This document shows, in pieces, positions 1-9,863 of a DNA stretch of 64,000 nt (the stretch's first letter is position 1; every line of letters begins with the position of its first letter). The stretch comes from a virus: positions 32,001 to 96,000 of IMG/VR virus record IMGVR_UViG_3300009068_000024, one strand, 5' to 3'. The translations under genes were made by a program, and so were the position numbers. Below the pieces are notes generated by a model. That model was not told the DNA's origin and searched no databases. It worked only from the letters and a program-made list of their open reading frames with translations.

Positions 1-2
1 CT

Positions 3-335
3 AACGCTGTCGGTGTTGTTCTATCAGAGGCGTTGCTCTCACGATTTACAGCACAGGTAGAAATCACTACCGATTGGGTGCTTGCTAAGAAGTTGGGCGT
101 TCCTGCCATTATCACAACTGCTAGTCAGAACTTAGCTAAGAAGTTTAGTTCTGGCGAAGTTTCTTGGTGTCCTCAAATGCGAGAGCTACTTGCTTTTAGA
201 GATCTGGAAAAAGTGTTCGGAACTAAGTGGGCTGTTAGCAACCTAATCTCGTCAGCACCCGAACTAGATAGACCTATCGTTGCCGAAGTTCTATCTAGGG
301 TTTATGGCGAGGAAGTAAAAACTGCCAAAATCTAG
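3..335 (+). CDS. MoxR/CbbQ-like AAA+ ATPase, C-terminal part (truncated by window start)
   Basis: Frame is open from base 3 (NAVGVVLSEALLSRF), typical of the MoxR AAA sensor/arginine-finger region; directly upstream of a vWA gene. Confidence 0.7.
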   Translation, partial: NAVGVVLSEALLSRFTAQVEITTDWVLAKKLGVPAIITTASQNLAKKFSSGEVSWCPQMRELLAFRDLEKVFGTKWAVSNLISSAPELDRPIVAEVLSRVYGEEVKTAKI

Positions 336-466
336 GTCGTGTCCTACCTAGCGTTTTGGTCGGGGGTAGGTAGTTATGGTTGGCTACCTACCCTCAATTT
401 CCAACTTGACAAAATCTAAATCAACCCTCTAAAATCTAAATACGACAACTGAAAGGAAAAAATCTT

Positions 467-2305
467 ATGTCGCATTTCGGAACTAACTCAAATGGCGTAA
501 AGAATACACCGAAAGAGTGGCTACCTATTGGTAAGACCATTGGTGAGCTTGCTAACAAGTGGTCAGGTAGAACTGACTTGATCGCTTATGTTGGAACAAA
601 ACTAGACGCACCCGTTCCTGCTCTATACAACCCTATTTCGTCAGAGATAGAAGTAAATACGGAAATTGCTTTTGGCACTATTCCACCTAGTTTTATTACT
701 GACTTGTCCGATAGAGATAACCAATACGAGTTTCCAAAGGCAGTAGGGGCTATCTACCACGAGGCTTGCCACGCTAAGTTCTCTCGTTGGTCATTGGAAC
801 AAAGTTCTAAGGACTTGACTAGAAAACAAAATCAAGCTCTCCACTTGTTAGAGGAAAGTCGCATTGAGAAGTTTGGTGCTATGGCTATTCCAACTAATCG
901 TTATTTCCTAACCTCTTGTGCCTTAGAGATCGTATTAGCCGAGTGTGATGTTGATACGCTTTCTAAGATGTCTGAAACTAGGGCATTAGCACAACTATCA
1001 GGGTTAGTGTTGGCAAGAGTAGATGCTGGTATTCTTTACAGAAGTGATGTTGAGGGTATTGCTGAAATGCTAGAAACAAAGTTGGGTCTTGACTTTATTG
1101 AGAAGTTGAGAGAACTATGGCTAAAAGCACAAGCTCATACTGACCACCACAACGCTACTGAACTTTACCCTCTCGCTATTGAGTGGGACAGACTTGTATC
1201 TGAACGAGCCAAAGAAAAGGGCGAGGACGATACAGGTTGTTCTTGGGGCGAGGGCGAGGGCGAAAGTTCTGGCGAGGGCGAGGGCGAGGGCGAGGGCAAG
1301 AGCAAGGGTCGCAGTAAGACCATTGAGGAAATGCTAAAAGAAGTTCAGAACGCCAAAGAGAACGCTGAAACTACTGCTAATGACGAACTATCAGAACAGC
1401 AGACAGGCGAGAAGTCCAAAGAAAAGGCAAAAGCACGATCTAGTGAAAATGCCGAAAAGCAGAAACACCAACAGGTAGGTCAGCGTGTATTTGGTGAGCC
1501 TGAAACTACAAGAGCAAGTGGTTCAGGTTCTAGTCTTGTAGAAACTCGTAAGCCTACTTCTGCCGAAAGAGCTAGTGCTGTTCTAATCTCTAAGTTGCTT
1601 ATGAAAGCAAAATACAGGAACAGAACTGAAACTAAGATCAACTCGGTTCTGCCACAGGGTAGGTTGCGTTCTAGGGCTATGGTTCAGCGTGAGGCTCTTA
1701 GGTCTAAGGGCGTTATGTCGCAGGTAGAAACTTGGCGACACAAAACTCGTAAGCACACCGAAACACCTAACTTGTCTATCGGGATTATGGTAGATGTTTC
1801 AGGTTCTATGGGTTCTGCTATGAAACCTATGGGTTCTACTGCTTGGATTTTGAGTGAGGCAGGTAGGCGTGTTCAGGCTAAAACTGCTATGGTCTATTTT
1901 GGTTCAGGCGTGTTTCCAACCTTGCGTGTTGGACAACACTTAGAGGAAGTTAGTATCTACACAGCACCAGACGGAACTGAAAAGTTTGACTTGGGCTTTC
2001 AGGCACTAGACGGACAACTAAACCTACTTGGTGGCAATAGTGCTAGGTTGCTAGTTGTTGTTTCTGACGCTTGCTACACCAACGAGGAAATCCGAGCTTG
2101 TAAGTCTTGGCTACAACGCTGTAAGCAAGTTGGCGTTGGTGTTGTTTGGATTACTTACGATCAGGGCGTTTATGCTAGTGCTGTTATTGAGGGTTCAGGG
2201 GCAGAACTCGTAAAGGTCAAAGGTGCGATTACCGAAGTTGCTGAAATCGTTGGCAAGGCAGGGGCAGAGGCTCTTACCAAAGCAGGTATGCGAGTAGGGC
2301 GATAG
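467..2305 (+). CDS. CobT-like vWA-domain protein with N-terminal HExxH
   Basis: HEACH motif, G/E-rich linker, MIDAS motif DVSGSM, VVVSD; RBS gaaagga; promoter TTGACA at about 406. Confidence 0.85.
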   Translation: MSHFGTNSNGVKNTPKEWLPIGKTIGELANKWSGRTDLIAYVGTKLDAPVPALYNPISSEIEVNTEIAFGTIPPSFITDLSDRDNQYEFPKAVGAIYHEACHAKFSRWSLEQSSKDLTRKQNQALHLLEESRIEKFGAMAIPTNRYFLTSCALEIVLAECDVDTLSKMSETRALAQLSGLVLARVDAGILYRSDVEGIAEMLETKLGLDFIEKLRELWLKAQAHTDHHNATELYPLAIEWDRLVSERAKEKGEDDTGCSWGEGEGESSGEGEGEGEGKSKGRSKTIEEMLKEVQNAKENAETTANDELSEQQTGEKSKEKAKARSSENAEKQKHQQVGQRVFGEPETTRASGSGSSLVETRKPTSAERASAVLISKLLMKAKYRNRTETKINSVLPQGRLRSRAMVQREALRSKGVMSQVETWRHKTRKHTETPNLSIGIMVDVSGSMGSAMKPMGSTAWILSEAGRRVQAKTAMVYFGSGVFPTLRVGQHLEEVSIYTAPDGTEKFDLGFQALDGQLNLLGGNSARLLVVVSDACYTNEEIRACKSWLQRCKQVGVGVVWITYDQGVYASAVIEGSGAELVKVKGAITEVAEIVGKAGAEALTKAGMRVGR

Positions 2306-2454
2306 CACAAAAGTTCCGAGCAAGTCAAGTTTCTATTTCCTTTCTCTTGGCTTGCTCGGAAATCGTTATCAAAAAAGAATTGGAAAAATCCTTGACAAAT
2401 CTTTATTAGGAAAAGTAAAGTTGGATTACAACCCGAAATGGAAGGAACTACCAA

Positions 2455-2778
2455 ATGTGCGACAACCCGAACCACGACCACAGCTCTAACGAGAACTTGT
2501 TAGACCTAATCAAACAAGAGATCAACGAACCAGAGGACATAGCCTCGGTTGCTATCCAAATCTTTTGTGCTATGTCCTCGGCTCTAATCCAAATTGACCA
2601 GCCGAACCCTGCTATCTATTCTGCTTTTGAGCCTATGAAACTTCTAGCTGAAAAGTTAGGCGATCAGGAACTAAGCGACATAGTTATCACTTGCGAAATG
2701 GAACACCACGAGGCTATTTCTAAGCTGATTTCTAAAATGGGACACCCTGCCAACAAGAGAAAGAAGTGGGGTAAATAA
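2455..2778 (+). CDS. hypothetical protein
   Basis: ORF with RBS ggaagga and upstream TTGACA...TAAAGT. Confidence 0.7.
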   Translation: MCDNPNHDHSSNENLLDLIKQEINEPEDIASVAIQIFCAMSSALIQIDQPNPAIYSAFEPMKLLAEKLGDQELSDIVITCEMEHHEAISKLISKMGHPANKRKKWGK

Positions 2779-3579
2779 ATGCCAAATTGGGTCTATAACA
2801 CGCTAACTATTTCAGGCAAGCCTGACGAGATAAAAGCCTTTACGGAAAAAGCTGATAAGGCAATACCGACAAGTAATAACAATGGCAAGACTATTGAGTT
2901 AGGGGAAACTGACGGACTTTCTTTCTGGAACTTCATAGCACCACCCGAGGAAAAATACGATCTCTATTTCGCCACTTCTGACGGAACAGCAGACCAAACT
3001 TGGGGCTGGTATGGCTGGAACAGCGAGAATTGGGGAACTAAGTGGGACGCTAACGATACGAGTATGTCCCCGTCCCCTGACGAGATAACCGAACATACCG
3101 GTAGTGTGATTTATTATTTCTCTACTGCTTGGAGTTATCCTGAACCTGTTTTTAGAGCTATGGCAGAACAGCACCCGAACTTACACTTTCACTTGCGTTC
3201 CGTTGAGGAACAAGGCTGGGGTGCTGAACTATCGGGAGCTGACGGAAAAATCTACACCGATAAGACCTGGGACATACCGAGTAGTCATCAGGAGTGGGTT
3301 GATACCGACCAAGAGGGAAGTTGCTCTTGCCAAAATGACGATGAGGAAAATTGGTATGATGACTGCCCGAGAGATGATCAAGAGTTTATTGTTGTTATTC
3401 AGAAGTCTTACCGAGTAAGAACCAACACAGCAGAAAACGCTTACGAGCTTGCTATGGAACAGGGGAACGACCCTGACGAGCAAATGGAAGTTCTTGACGA
3501 AACGATAGCTTGGGTTCTTGACGATCAGAGAGTTAGGCAGTATCCTCTTTTGAGCAATAAAGTTCCTGAATTGGAATAA
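2779..3579 (+). CDS. DUF1281/YubB ferredoxin-like family phage protein
   Basis: MPNWVYNTL start, WYGWNSENWGTKWDA and FSTAWSYP motifs. Confidence 0.7.
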   Translation: MPNWVYNTLTISGKPDEIKAFTEKADKAIPTSNNNGKTIELGETDGLSFWNFIAPPEEKYDLYFATSDGTADQTWGWYGWNSENWGTKWDANDTSMSPSPDEITEHTGSVIYYFSTAWSYPEPVFRAMAEQHPNLHFHLRSVEEQGWGAELSGADGKIYTDKTWDIPSSHQEWVDTDQEGSCSCQNDDEENWYDDCPRDDQEFIVVIQKSYRVRTNTAENAYELAMEQGNDPDEQMEVLDETIAWVLDDQRVRQYPLLSNKVPELE

Positions 3580-3762
3580 ACAAACTTCGGTGAGTTTATG
3601 CTTTCTCTCACCGAGAACGGATAGTCATTTCCCCTCTGCTATCCGTTCAGGGACTAGGTAATTTTTTGGTGGTTCTCTTTCTTACCTAGTCCCTCACTAA
3701 ACTTGACAAAACTTGACACAGGGGTATAGGCTAAACAAACCGAAACCGAAAAGGAAAATGAA

Positions 3763-4047
3763 ATGCTATTTAGACAAGCTCTCGGACACATAATCGCTGA
3801 CCACCGATACGACAACAAGCTCACACTACGCCAAGTAGTAAATAGAGGATCAGGGCGTATCTCACTTACTTACCTATGGGAGATAGAGAAAGCTCGCAAA
3901 GAAGTCAGTAGTGAAATGCTTATAGAAGTTGCTCAATGTTTAGCTATCGAGCCTAGTGATCTAGTAATCAAAATCGGTATGGTTATGTGTGGTGGAGTTC
4001 CAAACTACTTGCCGAAAGAACTTGACGAACAGCTTGTAAATCTATAA
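3763..4047 (+). CDS. XRE-family HTH regulator, ClgR-like
   Basis: LTLRQV...ISLTYLWEIEKARKEVSSEML resembles actinobacterial ClgR (TLRQV..SLGYLSEVERGQKEASSE); own promoter and RBS. Confidence 0.7.
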   Translation: MLFRQALGHIIADHRYDNKLTLRQVVNRGSGRISLTYLWEIEKARKEVSSEMLIEVAQCLAIEPSDLVIKIGMVMCGGVPNYLPKELDEQLVNL

Positions 4048-4078
4048 ACTGAACTTATCCAACTGAAAGGAAATCAAA

Positions 4079-4498
4079 ATGGATAACAGAACTGAACCAC
4101 AGGCAACAGAAATGAAAATGTCTAACACTTGCTCTTGCGAGGTCGAGGACGAAACAACAGGCGAAATGACTTGGAGTGAGGAGTGTTTCGGTTGTTTTGA
4201 TGATGATAAGCAATACTTCACAGACGAGTTCCTAATGCCATACCTGACCAGTAAAGGTTGGGACGAGGACACGATCATCAGAGTTGTTGGCGAGAAAATG
4301 AATTGGGACAACACGAGTGGTTGGACAGAAGTTCCTGCTAAGGACTTACTAAAAGCTCTTGCCATAAATGGCGAATACACACTAAGCGTTGAGATTACGC
4401 CTGAAAAGGAAATGGTAATTACCCGATCAAGCCACGATGAATACGGAGCTAGTTTTAGATTTGAGTTATCACCTGAACAGGACTATAATCCTGAATAG
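4079..4498 (+). CDS. hypothetical protein
   Basis: ORF with RBS gaaagga. Confidence 0.7.
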   Translation: MDNRTEPQATEMKMSNTCSCEVEDETTGEMTWSEECFGCFDDDKQYFTDEFLMPYLTSKGWDEDTIIRVVGEKMNWDNTSGWTEVPAKDLLKALAINGEYTLSVEITPEKEMVITRSSHDEYGASFRFELSPEQDYNPE

Positions 4499-4499
4499 G

Positions 4500-4830
4500 A
4501 TAACTAAATAAACTTTCATTAGGCATACCGAAACCTAAACCTAGAAGTCTTAGTTTTAGGTGGAGAACCAGAGGTGTTCGTAGAACCGATGTTGGTGGTA
4601 TGGGGATTACTACCCTGAAAACCTAGTGAAATCCGACCAATGTATGTCGCTAAACTACGCTTGTTCCTTAGCAAGAGAAAAAACTAAGGGTCTTGACTTC
4701 CAGACCTAAACTATAAGCCCTATTGGAGTTGATGGTAAGAACTATCCGGTTTTCTTTTTTTGTATTTTATTCTCTCTCCCTAAAAGAAAAAAATGCTAAA
4801 CCTGAGTAAGTTGATAAACTGCTCACCTAA
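4500..4830 (+). ncRNA. candidate structured non-coding RNA
   Basis: About 330 nt with no ORF in the track, several hairpins, possible gaagtc/gacttc long-range pairing, and two pseudoknot-motif copies. Confidence 0.35.
4799..4825 (+). ncRNA. H-type pseudoknot motif, copy 1
   Basis: AAC/GTT and TGAGT/GCTCA stems. Confidence 0.6.
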
Positions 4831-4850
4831 CTTCTTAGAAAAGGAAATCT

Positions 4851-5150
4851 ATGAAATACGATCTATACGCAAATGAGGACAACAACTTTATCCCTGATGT
4901 AGTCATTACAAAAGTTGAGGGAGCTTGGCTAGAAAATGCTGGCAGACAGATTTGGTTTGAGTGGCGAGAAACTGAACAATGGTGTCAAATGGAAATTGAC
5001 GAGGGCTTTTGGCTAATCACCAACATAAAATACACACCGGATTTTGAGGAATGGCTTGACGAAAACCTAGACCAATACGACAGCTTAGAGTTTATGTTTG
5101 ACCTAAATGACCTAGTGCCGAACCACTACAAGATAGAGCTTGATAAGTGA
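4851..5150 (+). CDS. hypothetical protein
   Basis: ORF with RBS aaagga. Confidence 0.7.
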   Translation: MKYDLYANEDNNFIPDVVITKVEGAWLENAGRQIWFEWRETEQWCQMEIDEGFWLITNIKYTPDFEEWLDENLDQYDSLEFMFDLNDLVPNHYKIELDK

Positions 5151-5290
5151 TCAATTGCGAAACCTGTAAGGGCAGACCCCTAGTTTGTAAAATGTATGCT
5201 CACGCTAATCGGTGGTATTACTTCTGGTGGTGGCGTGGAGTTGATAGCTTGTTTTGGAAAATCCATCAAAAACTTTGTAAAGAAATTTGA
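5147..5290 (+). CDS. small hypothetical protein (CxxC, Trp-rich)
   Basis: GTGA start/stop overlap with the previous gene, 47 codons, read by hand. Confidence 0.45.
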   Translation: MINCETCKGRPLVCKMYAHANRWYYFWWWRGVDSLFWKIHQKLCKEI

Positions 5291-5347
5291 TTTATTCTTG
5301 GTTATCTGCTAATTTGGAAACATAACCCGAATGAAAGGAAAACAAAA

Positions 5348-5863
5348 ATGGGTATGGATGTTTATGGAAAAAATCCAAAAAGCGAAAAGGGAACTTACTT
5401 CCGTAGAAATGTATGGGGTTGGAGACCACTATGGGACTATTGCGTAGATAGATACGAGGACTTAGTTGGTGATGTTTCAGGACACTACAACGATGGTGAT
5501 GGCTTAGACGATACAGGTTCATTAGAACTAGCTAAAAGAATAAAAGCCGATCTAGCAGACGGAACAGCAAAAACTTACATAACAGCAAGGAACATTCACC
5601 TTTCTATCTTGCCGAGAGAAACTTGCGAACTCTGTAAAGAAACAGGTATTAGAACCGATAAGGTTGGCGTGGAAAATGGTATGCCTGAACAAAAGCTAGA
5701 ACCCGAAATGGCTATTTTGCTAGGTAGAGAACAGGGTTGGTGTAATGGCTGTAATGGCGAGGGCAAGAAAGATAGTTGGGAAACTAACTACGATTTGGAG
5801 CTTGATGACATAAAAGAGTTTGCCGAGTTTCTAGCCGATAGTGGTGGATTTGAAATTTGCTAG
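5348..5863 (+). CDS. hypothetical protein with DnaJ-type CxxCxxxG Zn motifs
   Basis: MGMDVYG...YFRRNVWGWRPLW, CELCKETG and CNGCNGEG. Confidence 0.75.
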   Translation: MGMDVYGKNPKSEKGTYFRRNVWGWRPLWDYCVDRYEDLVGDVSGHYNDGDGLDDTGSLELAKRIKADLADGTAKTYITARNIHLSILPRETCELCKETGIRTDKVGVENGMPEQKLEPEMAILLGREQGWCNGCNGEGKKDSWETNYDLELDDIKEFAEFLADSGGFEIC

Positions 5864-5900
5864 TGAAACCACTACACTAAGACCATAGGCTTACGCCTGA

Positions 5901-5928
5901 ACACCTAAGCAAGTGTCTAAACTGCTTA
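5901..5928 (+). ncRNA. H-type pseudoknot motif, copy 2
   Basis: ACAC/GTGT and TAAGC/GCTTA stems. Confidence 0.65.
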
Positions 5929-5955
5929 CCAAAACAACAACCAATTAGGAGCAAA

Positions 5956-6363
5956 ATGGAACAAAAAATAAGTGTTGCTGGATTAGTAGCAACAACACCA
6001 AGACACCTAGTAACAGCAGACGGACTAGACATTGTTAGTTTCCGTCTAGCGTCTAGCAGTAGAACTTATGACCGAGCAAAAGGTAGATGGGTTGATGGAA
6101 ATACAAATTGGTTCACTATCACAGGGTTCAAAAGTTTAGCAACTACCACAAGTGCGAGTGTTGGCAAAGGCGATAGAGTTATCGTCATTGGAAGTGTCAG
6201 AGTTAGAGATTGGGATAATGGCGATAGAGCAGGAACTAGCGTTGAAATTGAAGCTGACGCCATTGGACACGATCTAAATTGGGGAACGAGTAAGTTTGAG
6301 AGAACTATTCCTAGCAGACTAGACCCTGAACCAGACCGAGAAGATTTGACCCTAGAAGTTTAG
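5956..6363 (+). CDS. ssb: single-stranded DNA-binding protein (actinobacterial type)
   Basis: SFRLASSSR...WVDGNTNWFTI...KGDRVIVIG...VEIEADAIGHDL, OB-fold SSB motifs. Confidence 0.9.
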   Translation: MEQKISVAGLVATTPRHLVTADGLDIVSFRLASSSRTYDRAKGRWVDGNTNWFTITGFKSLATTTSASVGKGDRVIVIGSVRVRDWDNGDRAGTSVEIEADAIGHDLNWGTSKFERTIPSRLDPEPDREDLTLEV

Positions 6364-6477
6364 GGACAGAAAAGAATTCGCCAAACTAAAAACTTGGCGA
6401 ATTTTTTTTGCCGACACGCTTGACTTACCGATACCGATAAGGAACAATAGAACTATCCCGAAACTAAGGAGAAAAAA

Positions 6478-6861
6478 ATGGGAGAACAAAAGCAAGCCCT
6501 AGTTATCAAGACAGCAGGGGACATTGAGGTTGTGAGCTTTACTGCCGAAACCGAATACGAAGTTATCAAGGAAGTCGTTGGCGGTTATTTAGAGATCGTT
6601 AGATTATCGCCAACTATGACTATGTGGATAAACGAGGAAGGCAAATTAGACAAACTGCCTTACAACCACAGAGCAACTGCTATTTGGAACTTTTATTTTG
6701 GAGCTACGGACATAATCGCTGGTAATGTAATCATCACCGGTGGAACTGATACTAACGGAAACTGCTTAGGACTAAGCTTGGCAGACGGAAACAAAATTCA
6801 GGTTTTAGTATCGGCTACTAGACTAGAAAAAGCCGAGATGAAAAAAGGGGAAACCAAGTGA
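6478..6861 (+). CDS. DUF3846-like protein
   Basis: VVGGYLE...INEEGKL..LPYNHRAT...DIIAGNVIITG. Confidence 0.75.
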   Translation: MGEQKQALVIKTAGDIEVVSFTAETEYEVIKEVVGGYLEIVRLSPTMTMWINEEGKLDKLPYNHRATAIWNFYFGATDIIAGNVIITGGTDTNGNCLGLSLADGNKIQVLVSATRLEKAEMKKGETK

Positions 6862-7127
6862 AAGTGGATTACGAAGTATCAAGAATAGCGATCTGGAAAG
6901 TAGAGAACGCTAAGACAAAGTTAGAACTTACCTATTCTGCCGAGTATGGAGCAGAGATAAAAGCAAGCTTGACTTACCGAACACTAGGGGGAGAGTGGAT
7001 AAAAACTATCAGGTATTACAACCGAGCCGAGTGTCTAATGGATTTCGCTACCCTAACCAATAATAAAAAACTGATCAGGGTAATAGAGAGAACAGAGCAG
7101 TATCAAAGCTATTTAGAGAATAGTTAG
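6858..7127 (+). CDS. hypothetical protein
   Basis: GTGA overlap with the upstream gene. Confidence 0.65.
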   Translation: MKVDYEVSRIAIWKVENAKTKLELTYSAEYGAEIKASLTYRTLGGEWIKTIRYYNRAECLMDFATLTNNKKLIRVIERTEQYQSYLENS

Positions 7128-7240
7128 ACACGCCAAAAAATAAATGAAAATAAACTTGACTTAGATTAGACAAAAGACTAAGTTAGAAGTATTGGAAGTT
7201 CCAATAGCCAAAATCGGCACAGAACTAAGGAAGTAAATAA

Positions 7241-7552
7241 ATGGAAAATCAAGAACCACAAGAACCACAAGAAGTAAAAATCACAAGCAAGAAAGCAAAA
7301 GAAGCTTACGCTTTACTAAAAGCCATAAAGGAACAAATGGCAGACTTGGAAAAGCAGAAAGCACAGGCTAACGAAATCTTGGCACAGGCTCTAAATGGTG
7401 CCAAGCGTGGAGTTGTTGCTGGACAGGGATCGTTTATTATGGCAAGTGGTAAAAACACTAGTTTTGACCGAACCCTGATGAAAGAGAAGTTTCCGTTGGC
7501 GTTCCAAGAGTGCCTAAGAACTACGGAATACGAATACATCAAGCTTGTCTAA
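7241..7552 (+). CDS. hypothetical coiled-coil phage protein
   Basis: Own promoter (TTGACT 7156, TAAGTT 7179), RBS and downstream hairpin. Confidence 0.7.
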   Translation: MENQEPQEPQEVKITSKKAKEAYALLKAIKEQMADLEKQKAQANEILAQALNGAKRGVVAGQGSFIMASGKNTSFDRTLMKEKFPLAFQECLRTTEYEYIKLV

Positions 7553-7663
7553 CAAGAAGTAGTTATCCCCTAATAAACCACACCGAGAGTTTGGATTAGG
7601 GGATTTACTTTTTACCGAGAGAAGTGGTAATGTAGAGATACCACCGAAAATGAAAGTAGAAAA

Positions 7664-7846
7664 ATGACCAAGTATGTAAAACACCTAAACAATGATGAAC
7701 TACTACAACGCCTAGCAGACGAGTTAGTTCAGGCACACAAGGAAACAGGCATAGACCTAGGCTATTGGGAAACAGCCAGAGAAGTTGTAGAACGCTTTTA
7801 CAGCGTGGAAGTAAAACTAACTATCAGGAAAGCAAAGAAAAAATGA
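7664..7846 (+). CDS. hypothetical protein
   Basis: ORF following a promoter-like region. Confidence 0.6.
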   Translation: MTKYVKHLNNDELLQRLADELVQAHKETGIDLGYWETAREVVERFYSVEVKLTIRKAKKK

Positions 7847-8106
7847 CCGAACAGGAAAAGCCGAAAGGCGATTTTAGTGATCCAAAAAGTTTCTATTTCA
7901 ATGACTACCTAAGCAACCACATAGGACACAAGCTTGAAGTTGTTGAGTATTGTTGTGGAGTGTGTGGAAAGACCACCGACTTTATGCTCCGTTGTTTCCA
8001 AGATGACATAGATGATACTTGTTTCAACGACCCTGCCGGTATTGCTAGGGAATGGGTGAAACCACATTGCGAGTGTAATCACAGCCCTTGGACAAAAAAT
8101 GACTAA
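7843..8106 (+). CDS. Cys-rich hypothetical protein
   Basis: ATGA overlap places the start at 7843. Confidence 0.6.
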   Translation: MTEQEKPKGDFSDPKSFYFNDYLSNHIGHKLEVVEYCCGVCGKTTDFMLRCFQDDIDDTCFNDPAGIAREWVKPHCECNHSPWTKND

Positions 8107-8275
8107 GTGTAAGTGTTGTAATGGCGAAAATGTATTCACTTGCGAGAGTTGTGGAAACGGATTAGCAAGTGAAAGAAAAGCTTTTACCGATAGTTCAGGG
8201 ATAGAGTTTGACCCGACTACCGAACACGCTATTTATGTTTGTGTAGATTGTAAAAAAGAACTTGACAAAAAATAA
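8099..8275 (+). CDS. small Zn-finger protein
   Basis: MTKCKCC...CESC...CVDC, read by hand. Confidence 0.55.
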   Translation: MTKCKCCNGENVFTCESCGNGLASERKAFTDSSGIEFDPTTEHAIYVCVDCKKELDKK

Positions 8276-8322
8276 TCAAGTTTAGTAAAGTGGAACTACC
8301 ACCGAAAAACAAGGAGTAAAAA

Positions 8323-8562
8323 GTGGAACTAAATGAAACCGAACAAAAGACCATAAAGCGTATTTATGATTTCTACGCTACTAAGGAAATCAACGCTGAT
8401 GAAGCTTTACAAAAGTTAGAAATGCTGATCAACGAAAATGAAATCTGTCAGGGTTGTCTTGCCGAGATAGACGAGAATAATCCACTCATAGACGCTGAAC
8501 GCTATGCTGTAAGCGACAAAATCGGTTATTGCGATAATTGCTATGACCCGACACCAGACTAA
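8323..8562 (+). CDS. small Zn-finger protein, paralog of 13315-13521
   Basis: Shared NPLIDAERY...GYCxNCYDPTP; RBS aaggag. Confidence 0.7.
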   Translation: MELNETEQKTIKRIYDFYATKEINADEALQKLEMLINENEICQGCLAEIDENNPLIDAERYAVSDKIGYCDNCYDPTPD

Positions 8563-8637
8563 AAACAAGCTTGGCAGTTAGTCCCCCCTAACACTACTGC
8601 CAACGAGCAAGGGTTTTTCTCATTTCTCCCTTGCTCC

Positions 8638-8665
8638 ACACCTAAGCAAGTGTATAAAAGGCTTA
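8638..8665 (+). ncRNA. H-type pseudoknot motif, copy 3
   Basis: ACAC/GTGT and TAAGC/GCTTA stems. Confidence 0.65.
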
Positions 8666-8773
8666 TTTTTATTTAGGGAACACACCGAGAAATAATCTTG
8701 ACTAATCTTAGGCAGTTGTGGTTAGATTAGTTAGCACCAAAAAAAATAAACCACCGAAAAAGGAGAAACAAAA

Positions 8774-9133
8774 ATGGGCGATAGAGCAACTATCCACATC
8801 ACAAGCCAGAGCTTTAGTTCACCGATAGAACTTTATGGGCATTGGTCAGGAACAGATAACGCCAAAGCAGTTGCCAAGGTATTAGAGAGAACCGACAGAA
8901 TTGGAGATGCCAATTATCTAACAGCACAGGTATTCTATGAATACGCTGTAATTCTAGGTGGTTATACAGGACACCTAAGTTTTGGCATTAGAGCAACTAA
9001 CGCTGAACCTAGCGACACTTGGGACGATAATCCGGTCGTTATCCTAAATGCCGATACAGGTTCAGTTGAGTATGACGGACAGACTTACACAGCTAATCAG
9101 TTTGCGTTAGCGTATGCCGATAAGGTAAGTTAG
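8774..9133 (+). CDS. conserved phage hypothetical protein
   Basis: MGDRA...LYGHWSG type N-terminus; RBS aggag. Confidence 0.75.
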   Translation: MGDRATIHITSQSFSSPIELYGHWSGTDNAKAVAKVLERTDRIGDANYLTAQVFYEYAVILGGYTGHLSFGIRATNAEPSDTWDDNPVVILNADTGSVEYDGQTYTANQFALAYADKVS

Positions 9134-9199
9134 AACTACACCGATAAGGGTGGTAATCCATAAGGGTTATCACCTTTATCACTAACAAGGGAAAGAAAA

Positions 9200-9448
9200 A
9201 TGGACGAGCAATTAGAACAACTAAAAGAAAAATTACTAGATCTAAAATCTAGACGAGCAGGGTTGTTATCTTTATTGGAAGGTATTACCGAGCAAGTAAA
9301 AACAACACCAAATAAAGACCTAGCGTTTCTAGACAACTTGCTAGCACAGCTAGAACAGGCAACAATAAAATCTAATCAACTAGGCGAGATAATTGCCGAA
9401 ACTAGATTAGAAATTGCTAAGTTTAGAAAAGAGTTTGGCTTAGACTAG
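9200..9448 (+). CDS. coiled-coil hypothetical protein
   Basis: Leu heptads, RBS. Confidence 0.65.
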   Translation: MDEQLEQLKEKLLDLKSRRAGLLSLLEGITEQVKTTPNKDLAFLDNLLAQLEQATIKSNQLGEIIAETRLEIAKFRKEFGLD

Positions 9449-9491
9449 CCAAGCTGGTAAAGTTAGAACACAACCAAAAGAGGAGAACCAA

Positions 9492-9782
9492 ATGAAAACA
9501 CTTGCCGAATTCAAAAGAGTATTGGCTCAACCAGACACCACACTAACTATCATCAAATACCTAAACACCAAAACAGGTGCCGAGATGAACCACAAGTTTC
9601 TAAATCAGGTTAGAACTATCGGGAAACTACAAACCAATAGCGTTGCCCTGAAAGACAAGGCAGGGAAACTATCGTGGTTAGATCTTGATAAAGCTAGTAA
9701 GTGGAGTTTCACCGAGAACATAGCAACTTTCGCTGATGAGTATGTAATTCTGGTTTATCGGGTTGAGAAACACGCTGAATAA
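9492..9782 (+). CDS. hypothetical protein
   Basis: RBS gaggag. Confidence 0.7.
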   Translation: MKTLAEFKRVLAQPDTTLTIIKYLNTKTGAEMNHKFLNQVRTIGKLQTNSVALKDKAGKLSWLDLDKASKWSFTENIATFADEYVILVYRVEKHAE

Positions 9783-9784
9783 GC

Positions 9785-9840
9785 TTGACTATTCCCGAAT
9801 AGGTTTAGTAAAGTTGAGAGTAGTTAGGTAATCGCCTAAC
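9785..9840 (+). promoter_or_regulatory. sigma-A-like promoter plus conserved 5' hairpin (cassette header)
   Basis: TTGACT-N18-TAAAGT followed by AGTTAGGTAATCGCCTAAC. Confidence 0.8.
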
Positions 9841-9863
9841 CTAAATGAGAGTAAGGAACTCAA

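Noticed and set aside
1245-1296. GGCGAG repeats
   Set aside because: They encode a Gly-Glu linker typical of CobT-like vWA proteins
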